Shown one piece after another: positions 1 through 22,144 of a stretch of 64,000 bases of DNA. The translations under genes and the position numbers were made by a program. The notes below the pieces were generated by a model, which ran no database searches, was not told where the DNA came from, and saw nothing but the letters and a program-made list of their open reading frames with translations. The number at the start of each line of letters is the position of its first letter. Position 1 is the first letter of the stretch. This stretch comes from Salpingoeca rosetta (lineage: Eukaryota; Protista; Choanoflagellata), in the NCBI GenBank assembly GCA_033442325.1, contig JAWQFM010000002.1, positions 1,977,044-2,041,043 of the forward strand, read 5' to 3'.

Positions 1-929
1 TGCAGTACTGCTGCACGTCGTTGTCGTTGCGGTGGCCAAGCACCTCATGCATCGATGGTGTCTGCACCTTGCTCTGGGCTGCAGGAGCTGCTGCGGGTTG
101 CTGTGGTTGCTTGCAGGCATCGGCGGTGAGACCGTGTGCCGTGGATGGACCAACAGCAACAATGGGCCAGCACCGGAGGCTGCTGCGCTCCTTCAGCTTG
201 ACCTCGGCTCCGTGGCTGAAGCGCACGTAGTGCCCATCAGCGCCATCACGCTGCGAGTGGCCCGTTGGCCTGCCGCTGCTGTCCCTGGTCAGACGACCGA
301 GGGCGATGAGGTTGGCCTGGCCCTCGGGCACGTAGAGGCACTCCTGCAACACAATCTGCATCGTGGCTCCGCTCGTCGTGCGTGCATGCAACAGCACAGA
401 GCCAACACCGCGCACGGGCACACGTGTGCCGCCAAACGCAGTGATGTGGCGTGGATGATGCTGTTGCAGGTGCGGTGTCAGCTCCACGAAGGCGTCCTTG
501 ACGAAGGTGAGGTGGTGTGAAGCACCCGTGTCTGCAAGCCACGTGAGTGGGTCATGCAGCTGCGTGGGTGTAGTAGCTGTGGCAGCGACGAAGGTTGCTG
601 CGTTTTGACCATGTTGATGCTGTGCCTGTGCAGTGAAGCCTGTTGCTCCGTTGTCGCGTTGCTTCTTGCGACACTCTGCTGCACGGTGTCCATACTTGCC
701 ACAGTAGTGACAGTTGCCACGGAAGCGGCGCCCTTTGCCGTTGCTGTTGCCGTTGCTGTTGCCATTGTTGCGTCCCTGGCGTCCGTGGTTGTTGCTGTTG
801 TTGGAGAAGCCGCGTCTTCCGCCTCTGCGTGGCGGTGCGCTTGCCATGAAGCCGCCTGCCTGCGGCTGTGTGCGTGAACCACGCATCTGCTGCTCCAGCT
901 GCTGCAGCCTGATGCTGAGCTCGAGGAGG
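1..929 (-). mobile_element. Ty1/copia retrotransposon internal fragment (gag zinc knuckle to protease region), second copy
   Basis: Near-identical to 4889-5814 (scattered SNPs, one 3-bp indel). Encodes CHYCGKYGHRAAEC and WLADTGASHH on the minus strand. Truncated by the window edge and by the N-gap. Confidence 0.93.
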
Positions 930-1694
930 NNNNNNNNNNNNNNNNNNNNNNNNNNNNNNNNNNNNNNNNNNNNNNNNNNNNNNNNNNNNNNNNNNNNNNN
1001 NNNNNNNNNNNNNNNNNNNNNNNNNNNNNNNNNNNNNNNNNNNNNNNNNNNNNNNNNNNNNNNNNNNNNNNNNNNNNNNNNNNNNNNNNNNNNNNNNNNN
1101 NNNNNNNNNNNNNNNNNNNNNNNNNNNNNNNNNNNNNNNNNNNNNNNNNNNNNNNNNNNNNNNNNNNNNNNNNNNNNNNNNNNNNNNNNNNNNNNNNNNN
1201 NNNNNNNNNNNNNNNNNNNNNNNNNNNNNNNNNNNNNNNNNNNNNNNNNNNNNNNNNNNNNNNNNNNNNNNNNNNNNNNNNNNNNNNNNNNNNNNNNNNN
1301 NNNNNNNNNNNNNNNNNNNNNNNNNNNNNNNNNNNNNNNNNNNNNNNNNNNNNNNNNNNNNNNNNNNNNNNNNNNNNNNNNNNNNNNNNNNNNNNNNNNN
1401 NNNNNNNNNNNNNNNNNNNNNNNNNNNNNNNNNNNNNNNNNNNNNNNNNNNNNNNNNNNNNNNNNNNNNNNNNNNNNNNNNNNNNNNNNNNNNNNNNNNN
1501 NNNNNNNNNNNNNNNNNNNNNNNNNNNNNNNNNNNNNNNNNNNNNNNNNNNNNNNNNNNNNNNNNNNNNNNNNNNNNNNNNNNNNNNNNNNNNNNNNNNN
1601 NNNNNNNNNNNNNNNNNNNNNNNNNNNNNNNNNNNNNNNNNNNNNNNNNNNNNNNNNNNNNNNNNNNNNNNNNNNNNNNNNNNNNNNNNNNNNN

Positions 1695-2177
1695 AAGAAT
1701 GAACAAGCACAACAAGCTGCTGCCAAATCAACTCGGGCAGCACGCTCAAACGAATACAAGACAAGTGCACACGGTCAATGACGCTGCCAAGGCGACATGG
1801 GCAGAGAGTGCACGAACACAAACAATCTAAACAATGAGCAGCATGCATACATGCGCGCAGAGCAGTGCTAGGCATGGCATGAATGCTTGCAGGCAAGCAT
1901 ACACAACAGACAACACTTCACAACACTGCATGGCACGCAGGCATGGCATTTGCCAAGCATAACGGGCATGCACACACACACATGGCACACAACTCACGTG
2001 TGTAGGGGAAGCAGGAGAGGAGAGGCAGTTGGCACACATGCATACCAGCAGAGAGGAAGGAATGTTTGCAAACGGAAAAACCACAAAGCAGGTGTTGTTG
2101 GCAAACAAGACAAAACCACACGCGAAGGCAAATTAGGAAGGACTTAACACAGAACAGAAACTCACTGAATCTCAACA
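1695..2177 (-). repeat. Copia LTR (3' LTR of the 2172-6392 element; distal end hidden in gap)
   Basis: Begins TGTTGAGA on the minus strand directly after a polypurine tract. Reverse-complement match to 7424-7907. Confidence 0.88.
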
Positions 2178-5100
2178 CTCCCCCTCAACTGCCTTCCTCT
2201 GCTCCGTCTCAGCCGTCGAGGTTCCCACCAGTCGTGGCAGGTGCTGCTCGAAGGTCTGTTTGTCCAGTGCCTTGGTCAGCGCGTCGGCAACCATCTGCGT
2301 GCCGGGACAGTGCTGCAGCACAATGGTTCCGTCAGCGATGAGCTCCCGCACGAAGTGGTGGCGTACCCGGATGTGCTTCGTGCGCGGCTTGGTGACGTGG
2401 TCGTTACCGATGGCGATGGCCGCCTGGTTATCTGTCAGCATCTTGGTGGCTCCAGCCTCGGGCTCGTCAAGGTCCATGAGCAGCTGCCGCAGGAAGACGA
2501 CGTCCTGCGCTGCAGCGGAGATGGCCATGTACTCGGCCTCGGCGGTGCTCAGCGCAACTGTGGGTTGCAGCCGGCTGCTCCAAGACACAAGACAGCCGTT
2601 GATGTAGCAGGTGAAGCCCGTCGTGGAGCGGCCCGTCAGCTGGTCTGTTCCGAAGCTGGCATCGCTGTAGCACACAAAGGTCCAGCGGCTGGTCCTTGCA
2701 CGTGCCGCTGCGTCGCTTGAAGAGGAGGCCGTGCTCGCTCGTCGCCTTCAGGTACCGCACGACGTGCTTGGCTGCCTGCCAGTGGACCGTCGTGTAACGG
2801 TCCATGTAACGGCAGAGCAGTCCGCACGCGAAGCTGACGTCTGGTCTCGTGCGGTTGGCCAGGTACAGGAGCGAGCCCACGAGGTTGCGGAAAGGCAAGC
2901 GTCGGTCGGGCTGCTCGCTGATGCTGGAGGCGTCGATGCCAACACGCATGGGCGTGGACACGCTGGCTGCGGCTGCCAGGTTGTAGTCGTTGACGATGTC
3001 GTTGATGGCCTGTGTCTGCGCAATGTGCAACACCCCGTCAGCTGGTGACGTCAGGTGAAGGCCCAGGTACCAGGTGAGCGGGCCCAGGTCCTATGCCTCG
3101 AAGCTCTCCTTGATCTGCTGCTTGCAGGCACGGATGTGGCGCTCGCTGCTGCCGCTGATGATGAGGTCGTCCACGTACGTGATGATCCATGTGCGCTGTC
3201 CGTCGTCGTGGAGCTTGGTGAATAAGCAGGCGTCGACATTGCTTTGCGCCCATCCGTTGGTCTTGAGGAAGGTGTGCAGCTTCTTGGCCCATGCACGGCC
3301 AGCTTGCTTGAGGCCGTAGAGCGGCTTGAGCAGCCGGCACACCTTGCCCGCGTAGCGTTGAGCGCCGTCGCCGATGTCGGTGAAGTGCGGCGGCAGCTTC
3401 ATGTACAGCTCCTCCTTGAGATCAGCCTGCAGGTAAGCCGACTTGAAGTCGAGCTGGTGCAGCTGGTGCTGTCGTTGCAGGGAGACGGCGAGCACAGTGA
3501 GGATGGTCTTGGCTGCTGGTGTTGGGGCGTAGGTCTGGTGGAAGTCGATGCCCGGTCGTTGGCTGAAGCCCTTGGCGACCCAGCGTGCCTTGAAGCGCGT
3601 CGGCGCGCCCTCAGCATCACGCTTCACCTTGAAGACGAAGCGTGACTTGAGGGGCGTGTGTTGCCGTGGCACGGCGCTGCGTGGGATGAGCTTGATGACG
3701 CCGTTGCGCTCCATCGCCCCGATCTCCTCCAAGCATGCCTGAGTCCACTGCTTGCGTTGCTGGCTCTTGAGTGCTTGCTTGATGCTTGCAGGCTCCGTGA
3801 GGCTGGTGTCGCCACTGCTGCTTGCTGTGAACGCGCCTGCCTCGGTGTCGCTTGCATCTGTTGTGTCGGGGTCGTAGTGGCGTCGTTGGTGTCGCTGCTG
3901 CTGTTGGCGTCAAAGTCCGTGAGCAGGAAGTCTGTCTCGACATCCTCGTCCTGCTCCTCGTCGATGTGAACCGTTGGTGGCTCACCGTCAGTGGTGCTGT
4001 TGCTGCTGTCACGTGCACTGGGAAGCTGGAGCATGGACGATGTCGTGGATGTCTGCACTTGCTCCCCCTCATCCACGACATCATCGGCCTTGGAGAAGGG
4101 AAGGAAGCGGACGTGGATGGAGGACACAACGGTGTTTGTGTCTTCAAAGTAGACGAGGTGGCTGTTGCTGCTGCTGTTGTGGCCGACGTAGATGCCTCGG
4201 CGGCCCTTGGGCTGCAGGCGTCCGCGCTGTGTGCTGATGTGGACGACGGCCGGCTGCCCGAAGACGTGCAGCTGTGGCACGTGCTTGGGCAGCGCGCCCG
4301 TGACAATCTGCAGCGGTGTCTTGCCGTAGAGGGAAGGGTGAGGCATGTTGTTGAGGATGTGGAGGGCGTGGTTGCAGGCGAGGCTCCAGTACGATGCGTC
4401 GAGGCCTGCACCCGTGATCATGGCTCGCACCATGTCGGAGAGGGTGCGCACCTGTCGCTCGACGATGCCGTNNNNNNNNNNNNNNNNNNNNNNNNNNNNN
4501 NNNNNNNNNNNNNNNNNNNNNNNNNNNNNNNNNNNNNNNNNNNNNNNNNNNNNNNNNNNNNNNNNNNNNNNNNNNNNNNNNNNNNNNNNNGGCGAGATGG
4601 GGAGCTTGGTCTCGCGCAGGAAAGACTGAAACGCGGCAACTGCGTCCTTCTTGGCATTGAGATGGACTGCATGTAAGAGCTTGCTGCCCTCATCGACGAT
4701 GACGAGGCTGTAGCGCTTGCCCGTGGGTGAGTCCGCGGTCCAGTCGACGATGTCGGCGTGGATGCGCTCGCCGGGCACCTGTGTGCGCTCCGCGTGCTTG
4801 CTGACACTGTGACGAGTGCTCTTGGTCACTGCGCACGTTGTACACTGCTTGCTGCTGATGGCGTTGCGATCGTCGATGCCCATCAGCTTGCAGTACTGCT
4901 GCACGTCGTTGTCGTTGCGGTGGCCAAGCACCTCATGCATCGATGGTGTGTGTGCCTTGCTCTGGGCTGCAGGAGCTGCTGTGGGTTGCTGTGGTTGCTT
5001 GCAGGCATCAGCGGTGAGACCGTGTGCCGTGGATGGACCAACAGCAACAATGGGCCAGCACCGGAGGCTGTTGCGCTCCTTCAGCTTGACCTCGGCTCCG

Positions 5101-6392
5101 TGGCTGAAGCGCACGTAGTGCCCATCAGCGCCATCACGCTGCGAGTGGCCCGTTGGCCTGCCGCTGCTGTCCCTGGTCAGACGACCGAGGGCGATGAGGT
5201 TGGCCTGGCCCTCGGGCACGTAGAGGCACTCCTGTAGCACAATCTGCATCGTAGCTCCGCTCGTCGTGCGTGCATGCAACAGCACAGAGCCAACACCGCG
5301 CACGGGCACACGTGTGCCGCCAAACGCAGTGATGTGGCGTGGATGGTGCTGTTGCAGGTGCGGTGACAGCTCCACGAAGGCGTCCTTGACGAAGGTGAGG
5401 TGGTGTGAAGCACCCGTGTCTGCAAGCCACGTGAGTGGGTCATGCAGCTGCGTGGGTGTAGTAGCTGTGGCAGCGACGAAGGTTGCTGCGTCTTGACCAT
5501 GTTGATGCTGTGCCTGTGCAGTGAAGCCTGTTGCTCCGTTGTCGCGTTGCTTCTTGCGACACTCTGCTGCACGGTGTCCATACTTGCCACAGTAGTGACA
5601 GTTGCCACGGAAGCGGCGCCCCTTGCCGTTGCTGTTGCCGTTACCGCCGTTGTTGCGTCCCTGGCGTCCGTGGTTGTTGCTGCTGTTGGAGAAGCCGCGT
5701 CTTCCACCTCTGCGTGGCGGTGCGCTTGCCATGAAGCCGCCTGCCTGCGGCTGTGTGCGTGAACCACGCATCTGCTGCTCCAGCTGCTGCAGCCTGATGC
5801 TGAGCTCGAGGAGGGAGGGAAAGCGGCCACTGGCAAAGTAGGGAAGCGTGAGCGGGGCTGTCCAGCGTGGCAGCTGCTTCCAGACGATGGTGAAGAGGTC
5901 CTCGTTGTCCTGGCGCACGCCTGCGCCTTGCAACTGCTGCTGCAGCTCCATGTGTCGCTCGAAGAAGCGGGCGAGGTTGCCGCAGGGGACGTGAAGCTGC
6001 GCCTCCTTGAGCTCTGCGATGCGGAGGCGGTCCTGCGAAGCGTAGTGGTCCTTGAGCCGGGCCCATCCTTGGCCGGCGTTGACGTCTGCTTCTCCGTTGG
6101 TGAAGAGGAGAAGGGGGTAGCCTGAGAGCGTGGACGCGATGAGGTTTGAAGCGGTGAGGTTGGCGTGATCTCCTGCTGTCGGTCTCCTTGCACTTGAGCG
6201 TGTCGCTGAGCTTGGACCTCCTGATGACGATGCTCCTGCCTCCACAGCTGCCCAGACGTCGTCGCCGCGGAGCTTGAGCGCCATCTTCATGCGAATGCTC
6301 CACGCATGAAAGGTGCCGGGCGAGCCAGAGAACTTGGGCAGGTCCATCTTGAATCCTGGCGTGGAAACGACGTGGTCCGACGGGTCAGACAT
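2172..6392 (-). pseudogene. Copia gag-pol polyprotein, disrupted
   Basis: Zn knuckle CHYCGKYGHRAAEC; protease WLADTGASHH; integrase HEVLGH..CTTC, IHADIV, GIVER; RT FKARWVAKGFSQRPGIDF and YVDD; RNase H SDASF, EAEY, TDN. Lesions: frameshift ~3880, in-frame TAG at 3091-3093, 1-bp insertion ~2676. Confidence 0.9.
2178..2190 (-). promoter_or_regulatory. Polypurine tract (PPT)
   Basis: Minus strand reads AGTTGAGGGGGAG immediately before the LTR-initial TG. Confidence 0.85.
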
Positions 6393-6500
6393 GCTGCACG
6401 CTCAAGAAGGGTGATGGAGAAACAAGAGAGGGGAACAAGCAGAAGGGAGAGAAGAAGCACAAGCGAGTGTGAGACAAGTAGCGATGATGATCAGGAGTGG

Positions 6501-6515
6501 CTGGGTCTCATAATC
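6501..6515 (-). promoter_or_regulatory. Primer-binding site complementary to the anticodon arm of a tRNA-Met (half-molecule priming type)
   Basis: Minus strand ...TCTCAACA|GATTATGAGACCCAG. The plus strand CTGGGTCTCATAATC contains a CTCATAA anticodon loop. Confidence 0.8.
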
Positions 6516-6552
6516 TGTTGAGACACGACAGGCCTTCCCTGAAGTCCCCGCT

Positions 6553-7429
6553 GTCACCAGCTGACGGGGTGTTGCACATTGCGCAGACACAGGCCATCAA
6601 CGACATCGTCAACGACTACAACCTGGCAGCCGCAGCCAGCGTGTCCACGCCCATGCGTGTTGGCATCGACGCCTCCAGCATCAGCGAGCAGCCCGACCGA
6701 CGCTTGCCTTTCCGCAACCTCGTGGGCTCGCTCCTGTACCTGGCCAACCGCACGAGACCAGACGTCAGCTTCGCGTGCGGACTGCTCTGCCGTTACATGG
6801 ACCGTTACACGACGGTCCACTGGCAGGCAGCCAAGCACGTCGTGCGGTACCTGAAGGCGACGAGCGAGCACGGCCTCCTCTTCAAGCGACGCAGCGGCAC
6901 GTGCAAGGACCAGCCGCTGGACCTTGTGTGCTACAGCGATGCCAGCTTCGGCACAGACCAGCTGACAGGCCGCTCCACGACGGGCTTCACCTGCTACATC
7001 AACGGCTGTCTTGTGTCTTGGAGCAGTCGGCTGCAACCCACGGTTGCGCTGAGCACCGCTGAGGCCGAGTACATGGTCATCGCCGCTGCAGCGCAGGACG
7101 TCGTCTTCCTGCGGCAGCTGCTCATGGACCTCGACGAGCCCGAGGCTGGAGCCACCAAGATACTGACAGATAACCAGGCGGCCATCGCCATCGGCAACGA
7201 CCACGTCACCAGGCCGCGCACAAAGCACATCCGGGTACGCCACCACTTCGTGCGGGAGCTCATCGCCGACGGAACCATTGTGCTGCAGCACTGTCCCGGC
7301 ACACGGATGGTTGCCGACGCGCTGACCAAGGCACTGGACAAGCAGACCTTCGAGCAGCACCTTCCACGACTGGTGGGAACAGCGACGGCTGAGACGGAGC
7401 AGAGGAAGGCAGTTGAGGGGGAGTGTTGA
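6553..7429 (+). mobile_element. 5'-truncated copia copy (C-terminal RT + RNase H), inverted relative to the neighbouring element
   Basis: Reverse-complement match to 2172-3049. Frame is intact (LVGSLLYLANRTRPD, YSDASF, STAEAEY, KHIRVRHHFVRE, ADALTKAL). PPT at 7411-7423. Confidence 0.92.
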
Positions 7430-7970
7430 GAGTCAGTGAGTTTCTGTTTTGTGTTGAGTGCTTCCTAATTTGCCTTCTCGTGTGGTTTTGTCTTGTTTGC
7501 CAACAACACCTGCTTTGTTGTTTTTCCGTTGGAAAACATTCCTTCCTCTCTGCTGGCATGCATGTGTGCCAACTGCCTCTCCTCTCCTCCTTCCCCTACA
7601 CACGTGAGTTGTGTGCCATGTGTGTGTGTGTGTGCATGCTCGCCATGCTTGACGGATGCCATGTGCGCGTGCCATGCAGTGTTGTGAAGTCTGTTGTGTA
7701 TGCTTGCCTGCAAGCATTCATGCCATGCCTAGCATTGCTCTGCGCGCATGTATGCATGCTGCTCATTGTTTAGATTGTTTGTGTTCATGCACACTCTGCC
7801 CATGTCGCCTTGGCAGCGTTGTTGACTGTGTGTGCACAGATGTGGTGGTTGTTTGAGCGTGCTGCCCGAGTTGATTTGGCAGCAGCTTGTTGTGCTTGTT
7901 CATTCTCCTTGTGTTCTTGTTTGTTGCGTTTGCCTACAGTAAGCACACACCCTTGCTTTCTATCTCTACA
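7424..7970 (+). repeat. Copia LTR (3' end tentative)
   Basis: Starts TGTTGAGA after the PPT and matches 1695-2177 up to 7907. Candidate end TCTCTACA at 7963-7970 is a 7/8 terminal inverted repeat. Confidence 0.75.
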
Positions 7971-8156
7971 GACTGTCAGTGACATTCGTTGATTGTGACG
8001 CCAACGCAGCTCTTGCACGGCACGAAAAATCATTCCCAAGAAAGGAGGTATACCGACACAAATGGCGAGAAGTTACACAGTATGCATGAAACAAAACACA
8101 TTCAGCAGACACAAAAGCAAGACAGCTGAAGGGCGGATCAGCAAGCGGCAGGCAAG

Positions 8157-8980
8157 TTACGCGCCAAGCGTTGGGTACACTGAATCGAACAGGATACCAC
8201 AGGTTCCGCAGGCCTGCAAGGGTTGGGATATGAGACACAGTGTGAGCAACAGTGAAGCAGAAGGGGAAAGAGTCGCTCACGTGACAACAGAGTTCGTGCG
8301 CAAAGTGGACAAGCAACCAAATCAACTGATGAGACGATGCGAGGGCACGTGCTCACGAACACGTTGTGTATCAGACAAGGGTAGTGAGGAGAGACAAGCT
8401 CACCTTGACGGTCGGTGGGCCACCTTTGCACCCACTGCCATCCTGGGGCTTGACATCAATGCCACACCGCTGACCCTGCGGCAACACGAAGCAAGCAATC
8501 ATCAGAGGGGGAAAAACAAAACACAAAGGTTAAGTCAGAAACGGGAATCAAAGCTCAGAAACGGGAAAGGCAAACAAGAGGAAGCACATCACAGGGACAA
8601 TGACCACGGTGTAGTGCTCACCTCGTTGGATGCACGCAGGAGGCGGATGTAACCACCTTCACCGAAATGAGGTGTCCAGCTGTTCCGCACGAGCCAATAA
8701 CCCTGTCCGTTATCGGTGCCGTAGCCAACCAGTTGCACGACATGGTCGATGTCCGGGTTGGTCTGGTTGCAACCGTTGAAAATACCGCTCTCATAGTTCT
8801 TCCACTATGAGCACAGCAAAGCACGCACATTGAGATTAACAGCCATGGTGATTGGTGAGCTCAGGACAAGGTAAATGTTCAAGACACATGGCATTGGAGT
8901 TGCCAGTGAGCAACTGCGGGATACAATGACACAGCCAATCACCTCCGCAAGCACCTGGCACGCAACCAAGGTCTCTCACT

Positions 8981-9013
<33 letters not shown>

Positions 9014-10768
9014 ACACACACACACAGAGGTGCATGCACTCCAGCAAATACCACGTACATGGATGGCTTCAACGCTGATTGAAATTGGGCCTTTGTTGGC
9101 AACAGCCTCCATGAGGGGCTCGTACTGGTTGGCGGGAAGTTTCACGTAACCGGTGACGTTCACGGCGGACTTTGACTTGTCAAAGGAGCACTTGTAGTTG
9201 TCGCCCTTCCAGGAGATGTAAGGGTATGTCCATTCCGTCTGCAGGCCACCGTTCTTGACCATCTGCGCGTAAGCAAGCTCAGCGGTGCCGCCTTGGCAGC
9301 CACCAAAGCCACCGCACTCTTGTGGGTTTGGGGTGCAGTCGAGAATGTTTTGCTCAGAGAGCACCTCAAGATAGCCCTTGTTCACGGCAACCTGGCTCTC
9401 CAGCGTCTCTGCAGAGGCGAAAGACCTGGGCCACAACGAGTGAGCGAGCGGGTGTGTGTGTGTATGTGTGTGAGCGAGTAAGCGAGTGAGTGTGTACGTG
9501 AGTGAGTGAGTGAGTGAGTGAGTGAGTGAGTGAGTGAGTGAGTGAGTGAGTGGGTGAGTGGGTGAGCGAGTGTAAGCGTGCTGGTAAAGGTAGTGCCCAG
9601 TACAACGGCGTTCAAATCCACACAGTAGTGTGCCTTGGGTGGTCACTGCGATTCTCTCTTGCTGTGGAATTCTACGCACCAGCACGAGCCGCATTGGCCT
9701 TGGTCCTTGACCGTTGTCACGACGTGCTTTGTGCGCCAATCGACGGAATCGGGAAGTGACTCGAGGTCGACGTTGCTCTTGAAATCTGGGGGAGTCGGGC
9801 GGTGCAGGCTGAAGCCAACATCCTTGCTGTATCCAAGAAGGCGCTTGAACTGCGTCGAGCGTATGTGCAGCGTCACAACACCCGTGAGTGTGGCAGAGAA
9901 GGCAAGCAAGGAACATTCAGCGACAGAACACAAAACGAGAAAGCTTCGCATGCACGCAGCCACAACAGGCGCGCGCGCGCACACACACACACACACCACA
10001 AACACACAACTCACCTCTTCGTCGGTCCAGTCGGACATATGGTTGACGCCTTGCTTCCAGGTCTTGGACTCATCCCGGTTGTGCGCTTTGACAGTGGCCA
10101 GGGTCTGGGCAAGGGTTGCAAGAGACAATATCTCCGAGAGTGAGGCAGCATAGCATCACGGCGCGTTGGAGCGTGGTTGTGCAGGCTGCACACGGTACCC
10201 GCCGTGGGGTGAAGGGGGCTGGGGGGGGGGAGGCGTTGTTGCAAACATGCCCAGCCAGACTGTACTGCCGCAAGCATTGCATCAACGAAACCGCGCACCT
10301 GCTCGAAGATACTGCGGCGGTACTCGTGCTCTTCATGGGAGGCATACGTCTTTCCGAACTCCAGCTTGAAGTCCTGTCAATGAAGTACATGCAAAGTATG
10401 GTGGGCCGATGTATGGGCCGGGTGAGGGGTTGTTGCTGTTGTTGTTGCTTCAGAAAGGTCCTGGTTAGGTTTAGTTTCGGGTTTTGTTGAGGTGGTTGGC
10501 TGCAACGTGCAGTTTCAGGTGCTCGAGCAGCTTCAGGCTTTGTGCAAGTCGTGTGCAAACAAACAATTCACGGTCTTCTGTCATGTGACACGTTCACAAA
10601 CGTTGCCTTTCCAACACACAGACACACACATGCACACACAACCATGCGAATGTGTGTGCACACCTCAAAGGAGTAGGCGTCAAGCTGGTGCCAGAGGGTC
10701 TTCTTGGCAGTGGCAGCGCCCGCAGACGCCAGCATCACCAGCGCCAGCACACCACACAACTTCATCAT
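8157..10768 (-). CDS. Papain-family (C1A) cysteine protease, cathepsin L-like preproenzyme, multi-exon
   Basis: Signal peptide [19 protein letters not shown]; I29-type prodomain ([15 protein letters not shown]); LPDSVDWR; catalytic [22 protein letters not shown]; GT-AG introns; TAA at 8157-8159. Confidence 0.93.
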
Positions 10769-10910
10769 CGTCGTGGTTGTTGTTTGGTTTGTTGGAGGGA
10801 GTGAAAATTATGTGGAAGATTTATGCAATATTCTACAATCACATCGCATCATCGTGACCTTGTTGTGGCTGTCAGTCTTCTCCACCGCACCACCACACCA
10901 CACAAGTTGG

Positions 10911-22007
<11,097 letters not shown>

Positions 22008-22144
22008 CTTGTTGAGCAAAGCCCGTGGGAAGGGGGGTGGGCGGCTGAGCTGCTTGCTTGTTTGCTGCTTCTTGCTTCCAACTTCTTCGAGTCTCTTGCT
22101 TGCGCACTTTCCACACAAACAAAACTGAGTTCAGTGTAAGCACG

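Larger units (their letters stand above)
1695..6552 (-). mobile_element. Ty1/copia LTR retrotransposon, nearly complete; 5' LTR reduced to ~37 bp
   Basis: Domain order gag-PR-IN-RT-RH (copia order), with PBS, PPT and 3' LTR. Confidence 0.93.

Noticed and set aside
6497-6530. tRNA-Met-like anticodon loop suggesting a tRNA gene
   Set aside because: Only about 15 nt match, with no D/T arms or acceptor stem; this is the retrotransposon PBS.
6553-7970. Autointegration product as the explanation for the inversion
   Set aside because: The two arms differ at many positions and the junction is not at a processed outer LTR end, so they derive from separate copies.
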